Source: Rhodosorus marinus CCMP1338
Taxonomy: Eukaryota > Plantae > Rhodophyta
Assembly: GCA_029953675.1 (NCBI GenBank)
Contig: JAMWBK010000004.1
Span: forward strand, 1,426,001-1,490,000
Direction of reading: 5' to 3'
Length of the DNA stretch: 64,000 bases
Shown in pieces: positions 52,154 through 63,326 of the stretch (positions are counted from its first letter, which is position 1; each line of letters opens with the position of its first letter). The position numbers and the translations under genes are program-made. The notes below the pieces were generated by a model, which had not been told where the DNA came from, searched no databases, and saw only the letters and a list, made by a program, of their open reading frames with translations.

Positions 52154-52929
52154 ATGTTGGTTTCCCGGGCTGGTTTTGCGTTCGGAAGGTTGGTTGCGGG
52201 TGCGGAGAAGTCTGCGATGGCTCGTGCGGCGTCGCAGAAGATGTGGATGGCTACGGCTGAGGTGAGCAAGTTTGGATCGGGGGATTTTACTGACGCTCGC
52301 TTTTCTTGATTTGTGGGGCTGACATGTTTTTGTATATCTTCCTTGTTTGGTTTGTTGTTTTGCTTACGTAGTCTAAGAAGAAGAAGGCTGATCCAGTGGC
52401 AGAGCTTGAAGAAGAGGAAAAGGTAATGGAGGCAGCGGCCCCTGAACCTGAGCCAATTAGTGAAGCCCCGCAGGAACCTCTCGCGGCCCGAGGTGATGAC
52501 TCCTTTGATTTTGGAGAACGTCCTTCAGGAGGAATGGGGGCTCAGTCACTCTTTGATGAGCCAGAGGATGCGCCGCGGAGGAGCATCCGTGATACTGACG
52601 AGGAGACCAGAAGGAAGGTGTTCGTCGGAAATCTCGCGTGGGGCACAGATGAGAATTCCCTGAGCCGAGGATTTGCTCACTTGGGAAGTATTTTGGATGC
52701 ACACGTAGTAAGGAGTGCCCATGATCAGAGGTCCCGTGGGTTCGGTTTCATTACCTTCGAGACGGAGGACTCTGCGGGCAGAGCCATTCGAGAGATGGAG
52801 GGCGCGTTCTTGGACGGCAGAGATATCCGAGTGCAGCCAGCACGCAAGAGAGAGCCGCGTGAGTTCAACCGCTCCCAAGGCGGGTTTAACCGAGAGCCGC
52901 AAGGAGGATATAACCGAGACCGGTACTAA
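52154..52929 (+). CDS. Organelle-targeted single-RRM protein (GRP/ORRM-like); intron 52262-52371
   Basis: MLVSRAGFAFGRL presequence; KVFVGNL and RGFGFITF canonical RNP motifs; GGFNR/GGYNR tail. Confidence 0.9.
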
Positions 52930-53637
52930 GCTGTGATTAACTATGAGAATAACCCTGGGGATCCTCGTACTTGAGGATCTATGAAGTTTTCAAAGATCAG
53001 TCCTTTGCATGCTGAGCTACCTAGAGGTCAAGAATTCAATCAGCAAGCGGCGGGCTCTCGATTGATTGGCAAAGGAATGTAGGCACCCTGATACTCTATT
53101 AAAGGCTATCCAGAATCGCTCAAAACATTTATTCACGCAGCTTCATAAGCCAAGTGAGGTTGCCCTCCACATAAACACGGTGCCAGCAACTGGGTGTCAA
53201 CACACCAGCAGCACTGCCGTTCGCTCAATTTGCCCGAAAACGTTTCGGATCATAGAGGGCACCTCTTCACCTTCGCCCACACCTTCACGCACATAGAAAC
53301 TGAACACTGATCGTAAGTCCCCCTCGCGAAAGTCTAGTTCCCGGACGTTGGTGATTCAACCAACGTCATTGATCGGCGTCCAAAGATTTCCTGGTTCTTT
53401 CGATGAGCAGCTCACTGAATTTGTTCAGAAAGAATCATTCGGCTGGTATCCTCGGGTTACATTTCCTTGCCATGTTAGGAATCATTCCAAAGTCTTTTTC
53501 CCCCTGCCTCCGGTTCGATCACGACCTTCCATTTGGGGAACCGGTTGGCGGAGACCGGTTGATAGCGAAAGATGTTGACTAGTTGAATAGTTTGAGTCGG
53601 GGATTTACGTGGACAAGTTTTTGCCGTGGAGAAGATC

Positions 53638-54273
53638 ATGCTTGGTCTTTGTCGTCTTCGCGCTTTACCACATGTCCAGCGAGCGTTCGTTTCTTCTTTC
53701 CCCGGAGAAACCGAGCTGCCGTTTCGAGGGGTAAGTTGACGGTGACCGTTCGGCATTTCTAAAAAAAGGACGTCCATGTTCTGAGTCTATGCTCGTGTTT
53801 TATTTTTTTGTCCTCTCCTTTCCGTCCAGGACTCGATGGTTCCACGGGCAAGACCGCCAAGCCGACAAGTGATCATCACGAACACACAGAGCCTTGGGAC
53901 AAAAGATCTTTCCGAGCTGTTTCTGGCTATTGGTGGACTATCGCAACTCGAAGAACGAACAGCGGTCGTTGGGAGACGAAAATTGAAATACTTCGTGGCG
54001 AGCTTCCAGGACACGACGACGTCCCAGCTCGCGGTCAGGCTCATAAGAAGGAAACCTTTTCTCGGGGTTAAACTGGAAGCTGCCTTCCACCGCGAAGAGC
54101 TCGGCCTTAAGGGCTTCGCGATGGAATGGCAGCGGCTCAAGTCCTACGGATGGGAGGAATTGAATGTAGTCAAGTCAGAGGTGAATAAGGAGGTCCGCGA
54201 ACAGGAGCAACTTGAGGAAATCGATGAAGCCATTGGCGCGAGCACGGTCTTCAATACAAGCAGAACGCTTTGA
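53638..54273 (+). CDS. Small divergent RRM protein with a mitochondrial-type presequence; intron 53731-53829
   Basis: Exon 1 MLGLCRLRALPHVQRAF... splices in frame (gtaagt..ccag) to an ORF with VIITN...KYFVASF...AVRLI RRM topology. Confidence 0.7.
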
Positions 54274-55117
54274 AACACAAATACGCTAACGAATAGAACC
54301 GAACGAAAGGAGGCCAGCCCGTGGCAAAGACGACGAGAAACGTCGGCGAAACACACAAAGCGGACTAGGTCTGGGATCTGGCCGGTGGATCGTCAAAGTT
54401 CTTAAACGTATCGCTACGGTTCATAAATACTAATCGATTCTCCGACAAGGAAAGTTCAGCATCAGCGACGTGGGTCGCGCAACTTCATAAACCCGATGCC
54501 CCGCAGATCCCCAGAACAACTTGAACAATGACACTTAAACACCAGGGACATGCTATTCAACCATTAAAAATATACTAATTGGACTAAAAAACGGAAAGCC
54601 AAAAGCATCTAACTATCACCTCGAAGGAGACACTTAACAGAATAAACGAAAAGAATATTCGTTTAGCAAAACTAATTCATAATAAATACATCTATTTAAG
54701 GGCATTAATCGTCACGTTTATTATGACAATAAATTTTGCTTTCGAGCATTCGTCTTAAGTGATGAGCTCAGAAAGTGCTACTTTGCTCTTAAGGATCTTT
54801 TAACTGTCACCTACGTTGGTGACGCTTATAGATAGACTATTTTTTATTTAGTATTAAAAGTATTTGATCACAAGTAGAAAGAGCGAGAAAAACGCGTTTT
54901 ATTGTCACATGTTCGTAGTCGTGGACCTCACAATAACGCGATGATCGATGGTGTCGGGGTTGAGGAACGGGATGGGTAGAGAACCTGTCTTTCTTTTAGG
55001 AGAGAGAATAGTCTTTATGACTGATTCGTGATCCTAGTGAATGAGTCTTATCCGATCTTCATATGTTAAGACAAAGAGGGGGTGCAAAATTCGAGAAATT
55101 CCGCTTTCCTCTTCTCG

Positions 55118-56706
55118 ATGAGGTTGTCCAAAGGATCACTCGGGGGCGTGTGTGGAGGCCTTCTCGGCCGTCTGCAGCGACCTCGATATGGGTTCAACAG
55201 GATCGGGTCTGTTTACCTGCAACGTCTTGCTGGCATGTGTACTGAGAGCTCAAAGGTATGAAAAACAGCGACAAGTTCGGGTCTTGGATATCGTTTGCTT
55301 TGGAACGGGTTTGACCTTATTCGTCGTAATTTCCTCACCAGGAGGATGAAAGCGAGCAAGTTGAGGAGCAGCCCGAAAGGAAACCACGGGGAAACTCTAT
55401 TAAGGGTATTCCCTTCAAGCAGTGCCTTGAAATTAGAAATTTGCCCTCGATCATGAAAAGGGACATGCTTCGGGATCACTACGCCATCTTCGGGAATGTG
55501 CTGGACGCTGGAGTGGTTCCATCCGGCATGAAGAAGTATTCACAGGCACATAGAAGTGGTCCTCCCAAGCTTCGAGTCACTAAGGGATACGTTTGTTTCG
55601 ATAGCGAGGAAAGTGCTGTTAAAGCTCAGAAGGTGACCCACGGCGCGAAGATGGGCGACTTTGTGCTTTCGGTGAAGATCCTCAAGAGAACTCTGTACAA
55701 CCCAAGAAGGGGTGAAGAAAACTATTTAAGACCCCTCCTCAAGGTTTTCATCTCAGACTTGGCTCCGGAAGTAACTTTAAAGGACTTGAGACAGATGTTC
55801 GAGGAGAACGGCATTGCTGTTGACGACTTGTCGAGTGGGAAAAAGTCAGAAACTGACGCCGACCTTGGCATCGCGTTTGCTAGGTTTTTGAATCAAGCAG
55901 ATGGGAAAAAGGCTCTCGAGCTATCGGGGACGGAGCTACATGGATCAGCGATCAGAATTAGGCCAAAGCGATTAGATCCGATCGAGAAGCAGATTCCAGG
56001 GTGCAGGGTAATAATTCTGAACCTGGACTATAACAAATCTCTGGAGGAGATCACTGCCCATGTTAAGGAAAAGCTCTCTGGTGTTGGGGAGCTCGTTAGC
56101 GTCCAAGCAACCAGAACTGAGTACGACAAATCGGGACACTGTTTAGCCGAATTTGAGGATGAGGAGAAAGCGAAAGAATGTATCAAACAGTTCAACAAGT
56201 CGGACGTTGACGGCAGGACTTGGGAAGTTTTTTACGCCCACAAGGAAGTCCCCGGGGAAGCAAGCGCAGAGTCTCCCATACTGTACATAACAAATCTACC
56301 GGAAAGCGAAAACGTTGTCAGGCTCCGAGACTCCCTACGCGACTTTCTGATTGGCATGGGGCAAATCTCGCAGTGCAGAGTGTTTGAGAGGTGCGAGCGG
56401 AACGGAAAATTTCTGTCTGCAAAGGTGCACTGCGCAAGTACCGCCGACGCGGTCGAACTGAAGAATCTGCTCCGTGGGCGAGAATTCATGGAAAGAAAGC
56501 TCCATGCTACCTTTACACAGCAACCGGTAAGACCTTCAACGCCGGAAATGGTGTCCCTCTCAAGAACACTTTCGTTGTTCCTGATCCTGAATGACCGTCG
56601 TCTCTCCCGCAGATACTGGACACCCATCGGCATCCAACGATTGACGTATAAATGCATCCAACAGAAGTACCTCGACATGAGAACAACAGCGAGGACCCAG
56701 CAGTAG
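55118..56706 (+). CDS. Four-RRM protein with a mitochondrial-type presequence; intron 55256-55341, 3' end uncertain
   Basis: Exon 1 MRLSKG...QRLAGMCTESSK; RRMs marked by LEIRNL/KGYVCF, VFISDL/IAFARF, VIILNL/HCLAEF and LYITNL. Confidence 0.87.
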
Positions 56707-57364
56707 TCATCCTAACGAAGCGTACTCGCCGTTGTCCAGGAGCGACATCGTCGACGCAGCGAACCCTCCGGGATTGCTGGAGGATCACCGAAGCTCTAGA
56801 GGATGACAGCATTGGTATCCACCACTGATGATATAGAAAATGACAACGACATGGGGCAACTCCCGATCTTCTTCTCCAGATCCTGCAAACTCTTCCACGG
56901 CGTCCACGTCTTCTGCTTTTAGACGCAAACCTGGTTTTTATGTATAGGTATAGGCTACGCTCTAGTCCGTCGGTACTGACAGAAGCACAAAAAAGTAGAA
57001 TTTTCTTCACGCGGCTCCTTTTGGAAGTGATCTCTTTTATAAAAACAATGAAAACTTAACTTCCTCCCAAGCTCGTTGTTCTGGAATCGCCGGAGTAAAG
57101 CCCTATTTACAATAGTCCAACGTTTCGTACTATTAGAACTGTGCTTTGAAGAAGGCCGAGAGTAAAGATAGAGAGAGAGAGAGAATTCGGATCGCGCTAG
57201 TGGCCTCTTTAAGACCTACTTACCCCAGCAGAAGCACGAAGTGTGGGGTCAACTGGTCGACTCTTGTCTTCTGCATTCATTCTATCGGAAGGTTGAAAGT
57301 GGTTGTCAGATGGTTAGTGATTCGCCGGAAGGATGCAAGAATATACGGATGGCCAGTGGTCAAC

Positions 57365-59094
57365 TCACTGTTGAGGAACTGGAGCAGCAGCGAATGGCTC
57401 CTGGACGTACTGCACAGCTGCCATATTCGGACCCATCGGCATTCCGAAATTAGGGGTGGGTCTATAGCCCTTGGCGAGGTCATCGTCACTGTCCACCCGT
57501 CCGCGGCCCTCCTTGTGCTTCTTTTTCTTCTCTTTTTTGTCCTTCTTCTTCTTCTTCTTTTTGTCTCCTTTCTCGAGCTTCTCAAGCCTAGTTCAGCACA
57601 TATCACAGACTCCGGTAAGCAGCAGGCGGAAATAAGATTCGCAAACACGAACAGTGGACGTTACAGTCCCCCGTGCTAGTCAACAAGTGCTAGGTATCAT
57701 TGCGCCATGCCCTATCGTGCCAATGTCACTTGCAGCTGATCACCTCCGAGTCCAACATGAGGCTTTCTTCAAGAAACTCTGACTGAAAATTTTTTTGGGC
57801 TCGGAAGTCATCACTCGAAGCATCGAATCCTCATGTTGGGAACGCCGGTCATGACCAAGCTCATTCCATGAGTGTGATCGATATCCCGAACGAAGGACAC
57901 ATTGGCACGATAGGGACAACAGCGATGGCCCCCCCCGAATTTGTCTCAAAGGGAGCAGAGCGTAAAATGTGAATGACACTATACGACAGCGATGCATTTT
58001 TTTATCATTCGAATTCCTTGGGACGTACTCTGCCGTTTCCTCCTCCTGTATCTTTTTCCGTCCTGTGAGCAAAAGAATAGTCAATTCTGTATAAGAAAAT
58101 CCATGCTTTTAAAACAGAAACAGAGGAGGACCTTACTCTCTTGCTCGGCTAATAAATCATCCTCCCGAAATTTTCGAATTTTCTGCTCCCTTTCTCTCCG
58201 TTCTCGATCCAAAAGTTCGCCTTCGGCTTTGTCTTCCGCGCTCTAACGAACACGAAAAGCGATGGGGTACAAGTTAAGATTGACAGTGTTTCCGGACTAA
58301 GAGAAAAGCATTCATAACCGGCTTCCTAAAGGTAGCTTCTGATTCCCACAACGCTCTGATAGTAAGGTTCAAACTATGAACACGCATATGAAGATTTACA
58401 AGGCTTCTCCAAGAGGACTAGAATGAGCTAGTTTTCTCCTCTGACTGCAACGTGCTCTTCTATCAATCGAAGGGTAGTTCGTGCAGACGCATGTCACAGA
58501 TCTACATAAATGAAGTCAGACAAAACGTGCAAAAGCGTTCTCCGGGCGAATCGAGGAAAGCAATCGCAGCCCTTAAGCCTATTCAGCCGGGTATTGGGGA
58601 TTGATCTGTACCTTCTTTTCCTTATTCTTGCCGATGAGATAGGCATTCGCGATTCTGTACTCTCGGATTTGCTCATTTGTCTTATCGATATCAACCCCTT
58701 TCGTATGAAAACCAGGAACAAGAGCGTGTTCTCACACGCTTTGGATGAGAAATTGAATTAAACGTTGAGATGAAAATGCTTCGCGTAATGGCTCATACCA
58801 TTAACTAAATTAAATATGATCTCCTCGATTTGTTCCAGGTAATCATTGTACTTCTCCTCATCATCAAAATCCTGAGCTCCATAACCAAAAAAACAACAAG
58901 CGCTTTAGCACCGAGACCTTTCAGGATCTATCTCCCTCTCCCGGAACACCAACAACGCGGAGGCGCGCAAGTAAGTAGCCCCAAAATAGTCTCAAAATAC
59001 TTACCTCTACCCGCTTGTTATAATCTCGTAGGATCTTCTTCCGAACGTCCAGCTCCCTTTTCCCGAGCCCATATCCATCCTCAAACTCGGGCAT
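57365..59094 (-). CDS. MAT1: CDK-activating kinase assembly factor MAT1 (TFIIH/CAK subunit); 5 introns, apparently RING-less
   Basis: Spliced exons give ELDVRKKILRDYNKRVEDFDDEEKYNDYLEQIEEIIFNLVNGVDIDKTNEQIREY, the MAT1 core, then a coiled coil and a Lys-rich tail. Confidence 0.86.
57704..57929. other. Highly base-paired ~225-nt element inside MAT1 intron 57588-58028 (candidate ncRNA or decayed MITE)
   Basis: 17-bp perfect closing stem (57710-57726 / 57899-57915), 11-bp perfect inner stem (57752-57762 / 57829-57839), and an alternative 11-bp stem (57743-57753 / 57797-57807). Confidence 0.45.
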
Positions 59095-59325
59095 CCAAAT
59101 ATCTTCGTTCCCAACTTCAATCCACCCAATGTCCCCGCCCCACCAAAAAAAAGAAAGAACGTACCTCCGTTACAGGGAAATCCTCGCTCTTCTAATCGAT
59201 TCTCAAATGATATCATAGTCTTCTATTCTTCCTCACAACATCAACCACTCCCAATCCTCTTCAAACCAATTTGTCCCACCCCTTTCCTCCAGAGATACGA
59301 CTTCGATCTACTTTACTACCTCCAT

Positions 59326-59756
59326 TTCATGCTACAGGGTTACTAACTCTGTAGCATGAACTTGAATCTCACTACAACTTCAGGGTTATCCTTCTTTCAT
59401 ATCCAAAGAAAAAAGCTAGGTGTACTTCAGGGTCAGTTGGTTCGATATCAAACCCAAATCTACTCAAACACGAATATCCATGTTTCACGGATACTCCTCG
59501 AAGTATGTCATCAAAACTTCAGGGTTACCCACCTCTGAAATTTCTAAACTATGACTGCTGTTGCAGTCGCTTCAACTCCTAAAACAATAACGGGTATGAC
59601 TGCTTCAGGGTTAGTGTTTTCGAAATCATTTACAAATTCCCCTCAAAAAGGAATACCTATTTTTCAGGGTTACTCTCACATTGTCTAAGTCGCATAACGA
59701 ATGCCTCAGGGTTTTCTGTTTCCTTTGTATGAACAGTATTTGAGAGCTTCAGGGTG
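59326..59756 (+). promoter_or_regulatory. Array of 8 same-strand CAGGGT (consensus cttcagggtta) motifs in the MAT1/Josephin divergent intergenic region
   Basis: Copies at 59335, 59381, 59428, 59520, 59606, 59665, 59707 and 59750; the first lies within a 35-bp palindrome (59326-59360). The regulatory role is inferred. Confidence 0.6.
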
Positions 59757-60022
59757 ATGCCGTTGTCGCCAGCCTTGAAGAAACTATTATGAACGAGGGG
59801 TTTCTCGTGGGAAGCGGGCGTGCTTAAATTGTGCTGATGGAGGCACTCTTTTTCGATGGGCTGTAGTGCCAAAATCAAAGCCCGCAAAAAGGTATATACA
59901 GTGCTTCTATACTTTGTATTCATAGCTTCGGGAAACTGTTGCCATGCCGATATTTTCTTGAAGGTCCCACCGGGCGAGGCTGTTGCTTTTTTTGGTGGGG
60001 GAGAGGGTGTGAAAAAGAAGCA

Positions 60023-60996
60023 ATGGCATATGCACCTGAAGTCTATCGTGAGCAGCAGAGTTTGATGCGATGTGGTCTGCATACTTTGAACGCGATGTTT
60101 CAAGAACAGGCTTTCACTGTAAAGGTCAGGAATCACCAACGGGCGATGTATTGCGCACCATTTTCTGCTTTTCTTTTCTGGTCAGATTTCTGTGCATGGA
60201 CCTTGGGCGGTTGGCGAGTGCTGACCTCGCAACCGTTCACATTATTTCGAGCTCGGCGATCTGAACACTGTTTTTTTTGGTTTTTCAGGAACTGGACGCA
60301 ATATGTGAAGAACTAGCTCCGGGACGATCGTTTTTCAACCCTCACAGGTATTCGTTTTCCATCATCAGGTGCCTGAAGTGCACTGTCTTTACAACCACTG
60401 ACGCTTGTCTCTTTTGCAAACTCATTTCTAAATTCGACCACCAAAACTACGCCTGTTGAAGGTTTCCGCTAGGATTGGGAAACTATGACGTCAATGTTCT
60501 GGAGGTCGCTTTCTCACGACGAGGATTGAGAATGGAGTGGCATGATCCTCGCGACCAAGTCACTACTAAACAGCTCCAAGATCCGAACCTCATCGGCCTG
60601 GTTGTGAACCGTACGCATTCATCAAGAAGTACCCGCTTTCAAATCGACTAGAGTCCCTGCCCTCTGCCCTCTGTCATGTTTCTCTATGCCTCAGGAGTGT
60701 GGTAGTTGACCGCACTCCAGAGCTACCCCCAAAAGAAGCCCGCTGGTTCATCATAGCTGAACACCAACCATTCTTGATCAACTACAGAAATGAATAGCAA
60801 CTTTGGTGGGATGTTCAAGTCGAGGCATTGGTATTGTGCGAGAAAGTTGAAGGGTTCATTCTATTTGATCGATTCCTCGAAGAAACAAAATGACCGAATG
60901 AGTTACGATGAGACGCGATCGTTTCTCAACAAGAAGAAGAACTCCGGAGTATACATATTTAATATCCGAGAGGGAGACGTCGATGTAAAAAGTTGA
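60023..60996 (+). CDS. Josephin-domain deubiquitinase (JOSD1/2-like); 3 introns
   Basis: YREQQSLMRCGLHTLN (Cys), GNYDVNV, RHW (His), YLIDS (Asp). Confidence 0.92.
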
Positions 60997-61015
60997 GCAA
61001 ACGACTCTGTTTTGA

Positions 61016-62641
61016 TCAGATCCATGACAAAAAGGATGGCTCGGGAGACGGCTCGTTGTTTTTCGACCTCCTCGGCGTCGAGGAGGGATTGGGCCTCCGG
61101 AGAAGCAATGACGATTCTATTGGTTAGCGCCAAATTCTGAGACAATGCTTCGCTTGAGTCGACCGCCTGGAAACTGGAGCAGGAGTTGTTCCGTTGAATC
61201 GATGAAGCAGATTCTGTCCCGAACGTCGAGGTTCCACAAAATGCCAACCGAAACGATGCGAACAAGGAAGTCCCCAATGATGAAGACCTTCTTCACCCGC
61301 GTTTCAAAGCGCACCACGAGCTGTCGGATTTTGTCCCACAGCCATGGAATCGCTGGTACGTTCTCGGGCCTGCAACCTTGGTGGTTGTAAACCACGAAAA
61401 ACTCTCGTCCACTTCTGGATTCCCTGGAGGCTTCCTCTGCGATCTGTAGGAGGTACCTAAAGACTTGGTCCATATCCACTTCCTTCACGTTAATCTTCTG
61501 TTGCATCCACGCTAGAATCGGACGTCCTTGTGAATCTTCTCCTGCGAATTTGATCGCGTCAAGTTCTTCAACCTCCGTGAGTGTTTCTCTGGAGTACCGC
61601 TGAGGGATTGACTCCTCCTCAGGAACCGGCTCAGGAGACGGCTCGTTGTTTTTCGACCTCCTCAGCGTTCCGTCTCTGTTCACATACTCGGGAGCCCGAT
61701 ACGATTCCTCCTTGGTCAGTTCATGATCCGCTGGGGAATCGTCATCCTCCTCATCTTCTTTATCAAACTCTACAGCCTCAGCCTCATTGCGAGGCAAGTA
61801 CTTAGCAAGCGCATCCAACATATCACTGTCGTCCTTTTGATTTGTTACAATGAGAATCTTCTCAACGTAGTGCGCATGAGCGTCGAGGAAGCTCCTGAGA
61901 GACTTGCAGAAGAGGCTCGCAGCAATCTTCCGTGGAAAAGCGTGCGTCTCTCCTTTAGGACTCTCCCAGAACTCTGAGAATACTATCGTACGACAATTTC
62001 GATCCACCGCGGAGTCGAGAGCACTGGATACGCACCTTCCGAGTGCCACCCTGGCAGCATGTTTGTACTTCTTGGGGAACCTCGGACGAAGCACGTGAAT
62101 CAAGTACCTTGTTCCGTTGAAGAAGTATGCCAATAGGCCAGGCATTGAGAACCCTCACTCTTAGCAATGCTCATCCAGCCGCGGCAGAGAAAAGGGCGAG
62201 CATCCTACCTTGTATGGAGATGATACCCGTGAGTGGCGCGTGCTTCTCCAGACCTTGGATAACCCTCTTGGGAGAGTTCCTGCTCGACATTGTCCGCACC
62301 AGCAGCGGCGAGGATGCGTTCGTAAGTCTCAGTTTGATAGTGCCCCTTCGAGGACCTTCCCACTACCACAGCATCGCAGCGCAGTCGACGAACGTCGCCG
62401 CTCCAAAGGAAAACCTTTTCGTTCAGTTCCGGTCGAACCGCATTCGGAAGAGCTCTATCGTTCCTCGCTGCGCTATCCCAGCAGAATCCAACCTAAGGGA
62501 AAAACCAAACCAACAAATGAGGAAAAACTTGGTAAGTTAAGATCAAAAAGAAGCAATCCAAATCGATCAACAATCTTATCAGTGGGATTTTTGCACTCCA
62601 CTGACCTCGTTCACGTTCACGATTAGCGACCGCTCTGACAT
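61016..62641 (-). CDS. GDAP2: GDAP2-like protein (macro domain plus CRAL-TRIO/BCH domain); stop is 61117 if the last intron is retained
   Basis: LNEKVFLWSGDV, YLIHVLRPRF..Y..AA...L..C, F+PR.IAA...CKSLRSFL macro motifs; GEDSQGRPIL...FFVVYNH...PWL CRAL-TRIO motifs. Confidence 0.87.
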
Positions 62642-62699
62642 CCGAAGCCCATATGGAACGAGAGGACTATCAACTAGAACCTAAAGTTCTTTCGACAAT

Positions 62700-63326
62700 G
62701 CACCGCGAACGCTATGAACTCCTGATTCTTCTCTCTTATGATCACCAGAAGCTCTTAAGCGTAGAGCGAACTTTTCAATGGTGATTCCACAATATCCAAA
62801 GCTCAAACCAAGCGAGCTCTCCTTCCCCAACGTTCTTGAGCTGGTTCACTCTGTTCATAGTATTTGGGGGACTGTCGGAGGCTTCACTCTGTGCGGATCT
62901 ATTTGAGATTTGGAAGAGCTCTCCTAACAAACGCTGAAGTCATGATGAAATGGCACAGTTGCGTTTTTGAAACAAATCTGCTTCAGCCAGATTTGGATAA
63001 GCAGAAACTTCGTGAGGTAACCCCCGAGGTGAATTGGACGCGACTCGCAGCAGCAAAAATCATGGATTGGTTCTGCTGCAGAGTTAAGCTCAGATTCGTT
63101 CTCTGTTGTTGGATCCTTGAGGCGCGCTGGGATTGGTTTGACTAGGTACCGGAGACATGCAAACGACACGATCTATGTTCTTCCTGAAATTACTAGTGGC
63201 AGACCGGAATTGATCAAGTTCTTGGGAAGACCAAGGCAGTTTAGTTCCATGATTTGTCCCAGCCAAAACAAATCTCAAGATGGAGATGCGAGTAGGTCAA
63301 GCCCTATCACCCGACCAGGGTCCTAG
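62700..63326 (+). CDS. Possible small spliced gene, product unknown
   Basis: Coding-like segment YRRHANDTIYVLPEITSGRPELIKFLGRPRQF after a ctag acceptor, with an upstream gtaacc donor. No confident model. Confidence 0.25.

Noticed and set aside
53200-53400. Minus-strand frame with an in-frame TGA (INDVG*ITNV) as a selenoprotein
   Set aside because: The frame is short, has no redox motif or start context, and no SECIS downstream.
57737-57814. SECIS element or C/D snoRNA (minus strand ATGA-11 nt-AAA...GA; GTGATGA)
   Set aside because: The apical region is about twice canonical SECIS length and it is intronic; there is no properly placed CTGA D box with a terminal stem.
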